A DNA stretch of 64,000 bases, from positions 9,865 to 73,864 of the forward strand of contig MNCI01001980.1 of assembly GCA_015680685.1 (NCBI GenBank), given 5' to 3'. The DNA is from Gnetum montanum (lineage: Eukaryota; Plantae; Gnetophyta). Of the stretch, positions 12,131 through 25,461 are shown one piece after another. Position 1 is the first letter of the stretch. Every line of letters starts with the position of its first letter. Under the pieces are notes generated by a model. The model was not told where the DNA came from. It ran no database searches and was given only the letters and a program-made list of their open reading frames with translations. A program made the position numbers and the translations under genes.

Positions 12131-13545
12131 CTCGAATTTACATACTATGAGGGTAGTTAGCATGGAAAATAAAGCTCTATGATAGATGGAAGGGTTTCAA
12201 GTCAATCCAGGTTTTGGGGTAAGTGAGAATTTATATGTAGGCACTGAAAGTGTTAGAAGATAGAATCATGGGCATTAAAAGCTTTGGGAGATGTAAGAAA
12301 AAGGGTATGAAATATATGGTGTGGAACATATCAGTTATATGATAAGGGAAAACATTGAATTTATCATTTATGCACTTGGAAGGTTTAAGATGATGCAGTT
12401 GTGTCAAACAAGTACAAGTCACAATAGTTACACAAGTGGTCCTCCCCACAACAAGCATCAACCCTTAATGCCCTTGTATAACCACTCCTAAAAATGTCTG
12501 TAGGCACCAAAGGAGTGGAATGCAACACATACTTGTGAAACAAAACATACATGTTAAAACCACCAATTTGAGAGAATAACTCTATGTTACACAAAACCAC
12601 AAGTTAGGATTATACAGATAGTGAGATGAGATGGGTTTTAGAAAGGATTGCAGCAATTGGGATGTGAGGTGTCTTACCATAGGCATAATGAATCCTTATG
12701 TGTTATTAATGGTTAAAGTAATCATTAGCTCTTCTTCCCAAGATTCAAACCAAGTCCAAATCACATTCCCGTGACATAGCATTATTTCATCACTTTGTTT
12801 GACAACCATAAGACTACCATCATTGCAAGGAGTAGCATCACTTGGTGTTTTGTCCAAGGAAAGAGTTTATTCATGTGACAATTTTGTTTTGTTTTGTTTC
12901 TTTTTTTGGTGGATTTTGAGAAGCTACCAACCTTTAGGCATGAATAACATGTCTTTCCAGTGGGACCCTCAGAAATTTATTTAGTGCCCTTTTATTTTTC
13001 TCTTACTCCCATTTATCGTTAGATCTACAATGATATAATTACAACCTAAGCAACATGATAGAACATATAGAAATGGTCAAAGAGAATCCACAAATCCCCT
13101 TGATGTCACACCCGTCACATTCCTCGGTTTTGCACTTTTATGTTCAGGCACAGTGATTATGAATTTATTGTTAGTTTGATGATGGAAAAGAATATCATTA
13201 TGACCATAGCAAGATCCTTTTATTAATGGAATGGGTGGATGGATGATGTGGTCTCACTATCTAAATAATTAGTTTCTTATGACTTGACAACATAGAGAAA
13301 ACCTCACCTCAATGGGCTACATGATTGCTTTATTCACAAGTGAGATCATTGACAAAGGGAATGAAGACAAAATGTGAAAAAAGTTGAAAGGATAGGAAAA
13401 ATTTGTATCAAGAAATAAGAAAATGATAAAAAATTGCAAAAAAAAAAGGATGAAAAACACCTATTAATTTTGAATGTTAGGATGGGATGCCTTTCCCACA
13501 ACTAAGTGTTTGACTGTGACAAGAATTAATAAGTGGATAGGTAGG

Positions 13546-13932
13546 CTACATGCATTTGTGAAATAGTGTTAACCTTTCATTTTCTTGCCACTGGGTGTCT
13601 CTTGGTTTAGTGGCGGCTGCGTAGACAAGTTGTTGTTCACACACTTGGTTGTTAAACGTACGGTGGGTCAAAGTATGAGTTGTGTTCATGTTGTAGATGT
13701 CTGGCCCACGACGGCACCCTTGATCACGATTATGTATGCATGGATTCATTTGTCTCCCCACAATGTTAGATTCATTGCTTTTGTTGGGTGTTGGAGTAAT
13801 GATGGATGGTGGCCCTTGCGTAGGATCAGGAGATGTTAGTTGTGAAAGGGAAGGCGTTACACTTGATTGGCCTTGTGCTGGTTTGGATGATGTAGTAGGT
13901 CCATGAGTGTTGCACTTACGCATGGGAGCCAT
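13546..13932 (-). CDS. 128-aa ORF of unknown function occupying the pol position of the Athila-type element
   Basis: Open ATG ORF. GRQMNPCIHNRDQGCRRG..NQVCEQQ aligns with RRHIDPCIPYYGHGCHSG..NQVCEPQ at about 51050-51190 in the second element. Confidence 0.4.
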   Translation of the reverse strand: MAPMRKCNTHGPTTSSKPAQGQSSVTPSLSQLTSPDPTQGPPSIITPTPNKSNESNIVGRQMNPCIHNRDQGCRRGPDIYNMNTTHTLTHRTFNNQVCEQQLVYAAATKPRDTQWQENERLTLFHKCM

Positions 13933-14448
13933 CCTAAAGAAGGGTCATTTCCAAGATTGTGGTGGGAACCTACTAGCATTAGCATGTCTATGCACATTTG
14001 CAGCATAAGTGGCATTCATTTGTTGATGTTGTGGTGTTGAACCTTCCTGCGCTGTTGATGGTGGCATGTAATGGGATGGAGTATGAGAATATCAAGGATA
14101 GGATGGAGGGTAAAAGGTGCGAGGGGGTGATCCTTTAGGTGATGTCATTGGTTGATGATACTTGGGAGAGTGATAGTAGTGATTTGAAGTAGAGGCCATA
14201 GGACTAGTTGGGGAAATAGGTTGTTGAACATAATAACCGTACGAGTTCGACTGATAGTAAGGGTAAGGCTAGTTTGGTGACGACTATGGGCTTCACCACT
14301 ACGGTTGATGATAGTGTTGAGGCTAGTAATAAGTTCCCCTAGGATAGTACGATTGGGTGTAGGACTGTCTATAATTACCTTGTGGAAAAGGTAATTTCCT
14401 AGGTATGTGCTTTTGTACGAACTTGGGATTTAATGCAAAAGCCAATAC

Positions 14449-15710
14449 TTATGTAGATGTGACATGATTGGGCAATGGCCAATGACCCTTCGGGTGGTCA
14501 TATATGCAAATATCACGTTCGTCATCTTCGTCTGTGGTTGAGTCTATAGCCTCATTTTCTTCAGCCATTTTTCTTGTTTGCCAATAAGTGTTCCTAGCTA
14601 TTTCTTGGTTTTTATTCCTCTGTTTATTGTGATTGCTTGATTCGTTTTGCGTTACCTTCTCCTCTACAGTTTCTACAAAAGTTGTAACTTTTTCATTTAT
14701 CCACTCTAACATCCTATCAAACTTTGCTTCAAGTTTGTCAATAGACTTCTGTATTGACAAGGTTTGTTGTGGAATCACCCCATTGAGAGCAGCCTCTTTT
14801 TCCTTACCATAGTTGTGGACTTTTTTCTTTTGAAGAGTTGGGTCCCAATGATATTTCTCAACATTCTCCCATTTGCATAGCTTTCCTTCTTCTTTTGCCA
14901 CAATACTCGATTAGCTCTCAGATCTAATGGGTTTGTAACTTGTATAATTGACCTAGAGCATACATCCCAAAGGTCTCCCTCATTTCATTATGAAGCCCAT
15001 CTATGATGTGGAAAAGTTGCTCTTCCTCAGAGAAACCATGGCCTGGGCACCTATTCACTAGGAAATAATATCCATCTAGGGCTATGTCCAAGGGTTCATG
15101 TTGTTCTTGTCTCCATCCTCAGATTTGTCTCCTTAGGTTGGACACCCTTACATAGATTTGGTATTTCTCGTTGAAGAGTTCCAACATTGTGGAGCAACAT
15201 TGGATTGAATTTGGTTTCACAATTTATACCACACTTCAGTTCTATCAATTAGTGTCCTACGAAAGAGCTTAAGCTTTTGCCACCCACTTTCAATGTTGTA
15301 TAAGGCACAAGCATCTTGGAAGGCTTGGAAATGATGTTGTGGATCCGAATCATAGCCTCCCGCAAATTTAGGGATATTATTCATATCAAACCTGGGTAGG
15401 CGGTATTCCCCGCAATGCCTGTGGGGTATGGACACCGTCCACCCCTAAGCCATACCTAAGCCATTGAGCATATGGACACCGTCCACCCCTAAGCCACTGG
15501 TGTGCACTATGCTCGTGTGCTCGGTCCAGCCTTTAGTTCTCCTCTTGCTGCTCTTGCTCGCGTTGGGCTCGTTTAGCCTCCTCGCACTCCCTTTGGGCAG
15601 TTTCCTCTTGAAGTAACTTGTCTCTTACTTGGGACCGGATCTGGTCCACCAGTCGGGCCCAGGCTGCATCGGCTAGGAGGGTTTGTTGTCTAACTCTCTC
15701 CTGCTCCCTT
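14449..15710 (-). pseudogene. Athila-type gag, degenerate
   Basis: IPKFAGGYDSDPQHHFQAF..C..KLKLFRRTLIDRTEVWY (retrotransposon gag), then a CPGHGF motif at about 15035-15052. Confidence 0.85.
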
Positions 15711-15835
15711 TCTCGGAACTGGGAGACATTGTTTTTAGTGAATGATGTGTGTGATTTAATATTTTCTGAAAGATATATCGTTATTGCATTTACAATGATT
15801 ATGTATGATATAACTAATCTAGATAACTAGCAGCA

Positions 15836-15853
15836 TCCCTGACAATGGCACCA
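15836..15853 (-). other. Primer binding site, tRNA-Asp type
   Basis: TGGTGCCATTGTCAGGGA next to the 5' LTR differs from the Athila PBS TGGCGCCGTTGCCGGGGA by four transitions. Confidence 0.85.
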
Positions 15854-15854
15854 A

Positions 15855-16744
15855 CGATGAGCAACGAGGTACCTCTATGCCCAACCATATGAATCACAAG
15901 CATTCATGCACGATTCGGTCAAATTTTGTGGATGGGACTAGTTGTGCATCTAAATCGTTAATGCCTTGATCACAGTTTGCTATCTTCCCACTTGGACTAG
16001 TGGTAGCTTTGTCACATAGGGTTTAGTCTAGAGTGAAGCATATGATTCTTAATGTTGTCTGGCCCTAAGCTACTCCTAATGATAATAAAGAGATTAATTA
16101 ATTAAGCTAATTAACAATGAAAAGTAAAGTCTAAACTAGCCTACGTGCAACGAGTATCCATTCCTAATCATCTACACACACCTTGGACTTCGTGTAACTA
16201 CCGCTGGGATTACCAAGCATACGTTACTAGGCTTACCAAACAATACACTACTGGGTTACCAAGTAATTACACTTAAGTGCTCGCAATTAGTCATACTCAT
16301 TCCGCTTAATGAAAGGAATAATAAAGAGCAATAAATGGAAACGTTAACTAAGGAAAATAGTAAACAATTAAACAATTAAAAGCAATACTAAAGCTAAGTG
16401 GATGTTGCAATGATGGAAGTAATCTCGATCATTATTGCTAGACATGCAACTTGTCCAAGTACATCACACTCGAATAAGGATGCCATACACTCACTTAATA
16501 TCACACTGCGGGCATGCACTGGAAACTAACAATGCTTGAAATCAAGAATCTATGAATCTAACTTTATCTTCTCTATTTCTTCTATGTCTCAACCATGCAC
16601 CCAAGTGTGGTATTTATAAACACGCATGGAAGAGGCAATATCAGATGTTCGACATTGGAGGTTGTGCCCCAATATTGAATACCTAACATTGTGGCTCCAA
16701 TATTAGATATCCGATATTGGAGCCATGCAAAACATGACTCATCA
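15855..16744 (-). repeat. 5' LTR of Athila-type element 1 (890 bp)
   Basis: Direct repeat of 7718-8593, with TATA CCTATAAATA-like on the - strand at about 16611-16620. Confidence 0.95.
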
Positions 16745-16749
16745 ATCTT

Positions 16750-19160
16750 CAAATTTGAAAATTACATATCAGCTGGTTAATCCTCTAAATAATGACCTTC
16801 AAGGGAGAAGCCACCAAGGCCACAAACCTTGTAATAGTAGAAAGAACCCCCGAAGCAAGGACAATCCTACCTTTCCTAGTTAGGAAATGGTTGGCCCAGT
16901 GCCCAACCCAAGCTTCTATCTTTTGCACCAACTTGTGCCACATATGCTTCCTCCCCCATTTAAAGAGGGGGATACCCAAATAAGAATCCTGCGTGGTGCC
17001 ATGTAGGATTTCTAGCACTTGCGAAATACAACTCCCCACCTTGGCATTAACATTGATTAAATGAAGCAAAGATTTCCCTCAATTAATCTCTAAACCAATC
17101 TCTAGGGCCATTTGCCGAAGAGCTTGATCAATCCCTAGCGCTTGTGTAATTACCACCTTGGAAAGTAGCATGGTATCATTAGTGTAATGCTTAGCTAGAT
17201 ATTCTACGCTTGCAATCTCAGGCCCTCAAACGCCCTTGGCCTTGCAATAAGATTGCAGAGTATCCATTGCAAAGATGAAAAGCACAGGAGAAAGAGGGTC
17301 CCCCTACCTTAGTCCTCTACCAGGGGAGGAGAACCCCCAAGACCTCCCCCTAACATCAAAGGAAAATTCCCTAGAAGCTTGTATGTGGATGCACAAACGA
17401 ACAAAAATTTGAATTAAACACTTTATTGATCATAATTGTGGATAAGGCCTCCCAACTCACTATATCATAGGCCTTTGAATATCGAGTTTTAGGCACATCC
17501 TTGGAAATTTGGCTTCCCTCATGGCGTGAATAACTTCCTACATCAATATCATTTGATCTTGCAAGAACCAACCTTGAATAAATCCCGCATGGTGTTCCCC
17601 AACCAGCTTTGGCATGATAGAAACTAAATGACATACTAGCATCTTCGAAAAGATCCGAATCAGCACATTACAAACCCCAATAGGTCTAAAGTGTGTCGAA
17701 TTTGACGAAATAGGTTGCTTGGGGATGAGAACAATCCTAGAACAATTAAGCTCCCATCTAACCTGTCATCTCCCTAGCAGCAAGTTGAAAGCATCTAGCA
17801 TGTTTTGTCCAAGAAGGTCCGCAAACTCCTAGAAAAATTCAATACTTCACCCATTTGGACTAGGGGCTTTGCCAACTTTCATAGAAGTCATCGTCATGCT
17901 TAACTCCCACATTGTGAAAGGGGCCATTAGCAACCTATTCTCCTTTGCACCCAACACTTGCAAAATTGGTACCGAGAGTGGCAGCATTTGCCACTTACCC
18001 CAAATGCCAACCTAGTAGTCCTCCATGATTTGCACGATATCTCAGGGATCCTCAATGGTGACCCGATCCTGCACGAGATGAACCGTGCATTTGACCTAAC
18101 CTTTGGATTTAGTAGTAGTGAAAAAAAAAGCCATGTTTGCTAATCCCCCTCCTTGAGCCATCGAACTCTAGAACATTGTTTCTAGTACGTGTCCTTTAGA
18201 TCCAGAGTTTGAAGCTATTTTAGGATATCATCCTCTAATCGTGCACCTTGTTCTTGCTATACCTGGATTGCTCTTAGGCAAGCGTGGAGATCCCTGTGAC
18301 ATGCACGAAATGAAAAATTGTCTCTAAATGTCTATGACTTGATAGCCCACTTCAACTTGAGTAGGCCAATACGGAGGAAGTCTCTCGGGTCCCCCCCCCC
18401 CCCCCCAAAAAAAAAAAAAAAATCTCTTCCACAAGAGGATGTAACTAGGGTTTGAGTAACCAGGAACACTCAAACCAAAACAATGAAGGAGGGCTCTGGT
18501 GTTGCCTTCCTAAACTACAAACTATGGAGCAATGTTCTGATGCTTGCCACTCCTTCCCCGAAACTTGAACATCAAATTGCAGCAAGAGTTTAGAACTAAT
18601 GCAAACCTGGTCAATTCTAGAAAGGACTCGATCCTTGCCGCGTCTCCTACTACTCCACGTGAAACAACAATTTGCAATCTCTATGTTGGTGAGTGCATGT
18701 GCGTCTAGGAAACTTTGGAATTCTTGGGCCCTCAGAGGATTAGAATTGTTTGTCCCCAACTTCTCCCATAGATGTAGGTGTTAGTTGAAGTCTTTGACAA
18801 TAACCCAATGCCTCTTGTTAGGCACCAGATCCACCACTCGGTTTAGTTCCTACAACCTAAGCTCCCAGACTTGGACCCCATAGAAATTGGTCAGCCAAAC
18901 CCCAACCAAAGGGAGGTACCGTAATACTCCACATTGAAGAATCTAACAGGTTTAGCGGAGGTTTGGACAAGATTGCTAGACCCCCTGCATGTCCCTAGCA
19001 AGGCACCAATTGCAAGGTCCAACCCTTTCATCACAAATGATGAGCCTTAGATGATGAGCAAAGTATGTCACATGCCTCACTTCTCATAATCTTCTTAAAG
19101 ATATTTCTTTTGTAGGGTGTACCTTGCCCCCTACAATTCCATGATAGAATATTCATGCAT
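16750..19160 (-). pseudogene. LINE ORF2 endonuclease plus reverse transcriptase, degenerate
   Basis: ORF fragments 18445-18759, 17371-17634 and 16785-17069; motifs KAPSPNG, FRPIGVCN, KAYD, GDPLSP and YLGIPL. Confidence 0.92.
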
Positions 19161-20949
19161 TACTCATAGAACACTGCCTGTGGACACCTCTTTCAAGGTT
19201 AATTGCATTCCTAAATAAATATCTAGCTGCATCGTTTTGCCGTAGGTAAGTGGGCCATAAGGTCTCCCTGGCCTACTGGAGCTTGATGAGACAGGAAATC
19301 ACCCAGGATCCTTTAGAACTTGTGGAGTCACTTTAGACATTAGGGGCATGGTGCCCCTCAAACAACCGAAACCCATTCCCCAACAAGGGAAGCTCCATCC
19401 CCTTTTTGGTTGGGGAGGTGACTAGAGAGGAAACAAACCCATCCCAAGGACTATTTCCTCTCAAGCCAACCCCAACCCTAGAAGCTACCTACACACTCCC
19501 CTAGGTAGCAACTATCAAGGTTGGTATCATATGCCCCTAGCACCCCACATGTATCCATTCTCCATCCTTTGGCACACGCACCTTTGTAGGGGCCTTACTT
19601 TTTCTTCGAAAGTGGCAAGCAACCATCCCATGGCCGCTCTTCCCATAGATGGGACAGCCAACTCCCCGTGGACCAAACTCCTTCTGCTTCTCAACTAGGT
19701 TCTTGTATTCGACTTGGATTGTCTCTTCTCCCATTGGAAGTGCCAAGATGATTTTCTTAACCACATCCTTAGACGATAGGGATCTCCACACATAGAAGTG
19801 GGCAAACCCCATTCTCTCCATGGATGCAGTAAACTTGTCAAAGAAGATGAACTCCCCAAAGAAACTAGCAAGGGTTTTTAGGAAATCTAGGGTCCACATC
19901 TCCCATGGAACCCTGGAGATGTGAACCTAGACTGGTGCCCTAGAAAAAAGATCAACATCCTGATGGGCACCGAGTCACCATGGTGTTAGGGCAAGCCCTC
20001 TGACACCGTAAAACCATGGCCCCTCCCAAAAGGGCCTTATCATGGTCCTCCAATGTTTTAAAAACAAATAATAGGAGGTCCTCTGAGAGGTTTCTAACCT
20101 CCACCTCCTTTAGCTCCCAAATGTCCAAGGCCTACTTCCAAATCAGATCTAGCTTTGGTTGGGCCCCCAAAGAGACAAACTTACCTATCAAACTATGTTG
20201 CATGGTGTGAACACCTTTGTCAGGCGGCTCGCAGACTTGCAACCACATGGTGCCCTTCTTTTGAGAGCATGCTTCAATGTCCCCATCCCCTGGATGCCAA
20301 CCTGCACCTTGGAAACCTGAATTTGTTGCCAAGCCATCACCCTTGGTGCTGCCCCCAACTGCACTGACACCGATTGCCCCTCTACCCTTGCCAGCACCCA
20401 CTCCGTTGCTAGCTCCTGCATTGGTACCTACGTTCATGTTTGCACCCACTCTTCTGCCTATTCTACTCCCAAATGCAGTCAAATGTGTGAATTGTTGCCA
20501 TGTGTACTTTTTGAAATTTCCAAACAAATTACCAAACTACCATGTGCATGGATTTATTTATTAGTCTCAAACCAAACTACTATTGCTAGAGGTACCACCT
20601 AGGACTTACATCTAACCTTCTAGAGGCATTGAACAAAGGGACAAATGAGTCATGGATCATCCTCTTTTGCAGCAAGAGCCACACAGATGCATCCTAGTGG
20701 GGGTCAATTACTAAACATCTCTAGGGAGTCCATCTCCAATCGGCTACATAACTTAGAGCTAGCTCCTCATAAACAACAACCATGCAAGAATGCAAACAAG
20801 TACAAACCAAAAATTGATGGGAGAGGAACATAACTAACAAGCAACTAGTCCAAATGTCCAAGCGCTCCAACAAGAACCAACAATTGACTCCAAAATCAAT
20901 ACCAACAATCTAACATAACCTAGATTAATTTAGATGTTCAAAAGCATTG

Positions 20950-22494
20950 AAACATGTTGAACTAAGTTCCAACGATAAGATGGATCCAAGAATGGCAAAA
21001 TTGGGAGACCGTGACCACATCACGACCTAATTACGATTTGTGGTTTTCACAAAAAACCAATGGTAGAAACTACAACAAAAATACTTGACCATTACCTAAC
21101 GACAACCCATAGTGGCAAAACGATGACTTGACCACAACTCGTGGTTAACTAGGAACCACTCAAAATGGCTTAGAATGGAAAAAATGACAAGGAAGGTTTG
21201 ACTATGCATTTACCATGACTCATTACAGGAGACCATGACTTGGCCATGACTCGTGGTCAATGTCAGCAGTCTTGCCATGACCTATGGTTGACTCATGGTT
21301 TTGGCACAAATTCCGAAAAAAGGTAGAAAAGGACTCAAAATGATCATAGAACAATCAACAGTTGAGAAGGGACATTGGGAATGTCATAGCAATGACTCAG
21401 AAGACAATTACGAACCTTCAAACCAAGGAAAAAGTGACAAGTGAAATGAAAGTATGACAAAGGGTCCGACCTTTAGGTAAAATTATCCAAAACTTGTAAA
21501 ACGATAAGGATTTGGAATTCAGCAAAGCGATCAAAACCCAATTGAATCTATGACAGGAAGAACATAACAACATAACGATATGAATCTAATGAATAGTACC
21601 CAAGCCCCAAATAGTTAATTTCATAATTCTTACAAAATCGTCTTTTCCCAAAATCAGTGAAAGGCAATAAAATTATGACAAGAAGAATGAAGCAAATTAT
21701 TCATAAAAATCAGATATATCTATGCATGCAAAGCAATACCCAATCCCAATCATCATTACATACAGATATGAAAGAAAACCCAACAAAACCCAAATGCAAT
21801 AATAATGCACATCCCTATGAACTGAAATAAACAAGAAAAAAATGCCAAGATAACTCACCCAGAGTAATAGAATTGCAAATCTGTAAGCAACACATAAACT
21901 CAGCCACATGCTCTTGCATAATCATGCTCACAAACCAGCAAAGCACCACACATCACCACAAGCTTTCAATCTGGCAGTGCTTCCGTGTCAAGAAAATAGA
22001 TGTCAAAGTGCCCAATTGAATGAAGTATGGGATTTTTATAGAAAATCTACTGAAAAACTCAACATAGAAAAACTATTTTAATTCTAAAAATAAAAATACA
22101 ATAAAAGAAATCTACCACAATGTTTCATAATTCATGTAACCTCCCACAAAGGCAAAAGCCATACTAAAAACACACGAATTAGAAACATCATATACCATAA
22201 TAAGTTATTCAATAAAAATAGTATCATGCTCATCCAAGATTTTGCCCATGCCATGCCCATACCATAGTCTTCATGGAAAGCCTGCCAAACTCATCCACCT
22301 GGTTAGCGCATACCAGCTGAGAATACGTAATTCAATAATGCATAGAATTAAAAACCCATGAGAATAAAACGTAAAGCTGAAAATCTAACAAACAAGCATA
22401 CTCAAAGCATAGCATAACACCCAAAGCATCTAGAAGCACAAAAACACAAGGATAAATATACTAACCCAAACATCCAAAAATATGTGTTACTACA
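20950..22494 (-). mobile_element. Probable LTR fragment of a Ty3/gypsy element
   Basis: TGTAGTAACAC terminus-like start on - at 22494, internal CCATGACT repeats (21210-21300), non-coding. No partner LTR in the window. Confidence 0.3.
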
Positions 22495-22982
22495 AATTAA
22501 TCTAATTTGTCTAGCTAAACCTTTGTGTGGGATGAGATTTCAATTAAACTAAAACTGAATTTGTACTTACTTCCACTAAGACTTTGTTAGATATATCAAA
22601 TAGAGTAGTTTCATAATTTCTTTTACAGAATATTTTTTAATCCAAAACTGAAACTAAAACTGAAATTTTACGTACATTTACTAAGACACTAAGACACTAT
22701 TGGACATATTGGACCAGTTTCAAAACAACTTTTACAGAATTTTTTATTTGTCTATAGCTCAGCGTTGCCCATTGGAATGGAGCATTTGACATGGGGTTTC
22801 TATTCTAAGACTCTTACCACTAAGAGCTTAACAACAAAAAAATTCCATTAACCAATTAGTTTCATAAAAGAAAATTAATTGATAGATTAGCTAATTCCGT
22901 AGAACACTTGTGTGTTACGAAACTATTAATAACACTACGGTGCATTTATAGAGTTGGCTAAGAACACTTTAGCTCAGCTTTT

Positions 22983-24300
22983 TCATAATGTAATGGATTT
23001 AGGGTTTCTATTATTGTTTTGTATAACAATGGGTTTCTTATCTTTCATTAACAGTTTAGGGCATACTACCTTAATGTGCCTGGGGTCTTTACAATAGAAA
23101 TAGATTTTCACTTCTGCTTGGCCCTTGGGTTGAGGGTAGGTTGGTACACTACCAGTCTCATCTTCTATGTTGATGAGCAACTGGAAACAGTAAAAGCCTT
23201 CTCCATCTCTTCCACCTATTCACATGCAATAGCTGGATTGTCAGTCCCCTTAAAAACTCAAACCTCAAGTGATTAATTAATAGGATGATTCAAATGTAAG
23301 AGGTAAAATAGTAAATGCATGATATTGAAGATGGTTATAGAGATTATGAGATTGCTTGAATACTGTCATATCATAACTTTCACTTGGGTTCCATTTGGGA
23401 AGTTGTGCCTCTTTAAAAAGTAAAAGGATCCTCAGCCTTTTCAGATTCAAGTTCTTTCTGGAAGTTCTGAATCAGGAAGCAAAGAAGAGCCAGTGATAAG
23501 TGGTTAGCTCATTGTCTTGTTATACAAGAGGTTACTAGTGGGAGTCACCCTTGATGCATCGTTATATTCTTCTATAATTCTTCTAATGTATCATGTTGGC
23601 TGTATGTCTTGGAATGTACCTATAGTCAAATTATTTTGGGTCTGACACCCCAGGAAAGAAAGAAGAGATAACAAAAATTTTGGGACTAGAAAACATAATT
23701 AAAAGAAGAAAAGTTGGATAGGCAAAAGTTGAGAATTCTACTGCAGGTAGTTCAGGATTCTAGTACAAGATTGTGCAAGAGGCATAAGAGGTACACAAGG
23801 CATAATTGGCATAAGAGTATGTAAAACCTAGGTACAAGGAATAATAAACCTGCGCTGCAAGCCTGACTGGAACTCAAATGTAAGAGTGAGTGGAACTCAC
23901 ATGTAAGAGTAAAATTCTAACACAAGAGTGAGAATATAGAGAAGGTTTTGTTGCAAGAGTCAAAATAAAGAAAATGAGATTGGGCACAATGAAGATATAA
24001 ATGAGATTCAGACACGTGAAATCAGAATTTTGACACATGAAACAAAAATCCTCACGCATGAAATGGGATTTGGGTGTCATAGATGCTAATGTAAATGATG
24101 TAGACAGGAACTTTGATGCTAGGGACAAGAACTCGGATGCTAGAGACTGGAAGTTAAGATGTTGAAGATGGTAATTCAAGTACAAGAGAGACATAATTTC
24201 TAGCCAAAGATTTTTTCTTTTTTCTTTTTTTTTGAAAAAATTTTGGGAATAGATTAACTTCAAATTATGTACAAATGGAAAGCTGGGGGAATAAGCCGCC
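22983..24300 (-). pseudogene. Degenerate Ty3/gypsy gag with zinc-knuckle relic
   Basis: (Y)FYCKDPRHIKVVC knuckle in ORF 22983-23180, PEKAED and DMTV-like gag motifs at 23360-23445, and a Pro-rich and coiled-coil-like upstream region. Confidence 0.5.
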
Positions 24301-25461
24301 AGGGGTACTGCATGTCAAAACCTGGAGTGATGATCAACCCTGACATCCACCATCCGCTTACCCAGATGGGTATGAACTACTCCTAACAACAACCAACGTA
24401 AGCAAAAGCAGGTCCCCTGGACCTTTTGATACGAGACCCAGATATGAACGAAGTGTTCCAAAACTAACTGCTCTCCCCACGAGCCTGATCCGCAAACCCA
24501 AGAAAAAGACCAAACAGTAGTATAGCAGGGAATTATGTCTAACAGTGTGAAACAAAGATCTAGAATGAACATGTTGGTTCTATCATGTGAGAAAGGTGTT
24601 CGGGAAGTAAATACGTGGACTGGGTTTCAAAATGAGATTTTGACCACCAAGGAAGATGAAGACTACAGTGAAAAAGATGTTAAATTTGTAAAGTAAAATT
24701 ATCCCCTACATTTAAAAACTCCTTTGCATATGTAAGCAAGCATTTCATGGAATTCTTAAGGATATTTCCTAAAAAATTGAAATAGAGGAAATTCTTGCAT
24801 GTGGGACAAATGAGAATTCTGATGTTTGGACGTTGAGAGCTCTAGCGAAAGAATGGCTAAAGTCCTAATGTCAGAAATGTGAAAATCTCATTGCTGAAAG
24901 GACACTCAAATGTTAGAGAAGTGAGAAGAACTGAACAAAAGTAAAATGAGGAAAGCCAATAAGGCAAAATGGTGGAACTTCAGGAGTAATAACCAAATTT
25001 ATACTTGATTTGTTGTGAAGAGTAGGAGGAAGGTTATTGAGTTCAATCTGAATCAGTTACACATAAAACCCACACTCTAGTTGGGGATTCAAATTGAATT
25101 GAAATTATATTTTATCGAAGATGTTCAATCCTAAGCACAATATCCCAGTTAAATAATATTAGAGAAATTCAACCTACAAGCTTAACCATCAGTAATGCTT
25201 ACAATCGAACATAAAACATTTTTGGAAACCAGGAAAACATACGATAAGGAAGCTCCTGACCTAATATCATTGGGTGATTAGTTTATATGAGCAAATGTGA
25301 ACAATTGTTTTAACTTTTGAAAGGTTACTACGTCATACATTTCAATGTTATCTCTGATATCCTTGCTTATGTCAGTTTGAATTGTTTATTGACTCTTTAA
25401 TAAAGATCACATGCAGGTAATGAACACTAACAGAGTTGATTCTTCTGTGTGCATGGTATAG

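Larger units (their letters stand above)
7718..16744 (-). mobile_element. Athila-type Ty3/gypsy LTR retrotransposon, non-autonomous (gag plus accessory ORF, no pol)
   Basis: Two LTRs with TGATGAG...CTCATCA termini, 5-bp TSD ATCTT (7713-7717 and 16745-16749), tRNA-Asp-type PBS, Athila-like PPT region, gag relic, and no RT or integrase motifs. Confidence 0.93.
5550..20530 (-). mobile_element. Near full-length L1-clade LINE, interrupted by an LTR element at 7718-16744
   Basis: ORF1 at about 19540-20300 (LIGKF, zinc-knuckle relic), endonuclease at 18445-19160 (FTWSS, SRIDQV), RT at 16790-17900 (KAYD, GLR*GDPLSPVLF, YLGIPL), zf-RVT at 7382-7618 (WKNIW..KIKTFLW..HDALP), WEVWKIRN at about 7200, and a T-run at 5550-5560 (poly-A tail on -). 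The 5' end is approximate and no TSD was found. Confidence 0.9.

Noticed and set aside
20530-20950. 5' end and TSD of the long LINE
   Set aside because: No match to the sequence flanking the poly-A at 5530-5549 was found, so the boundary is left approximate.
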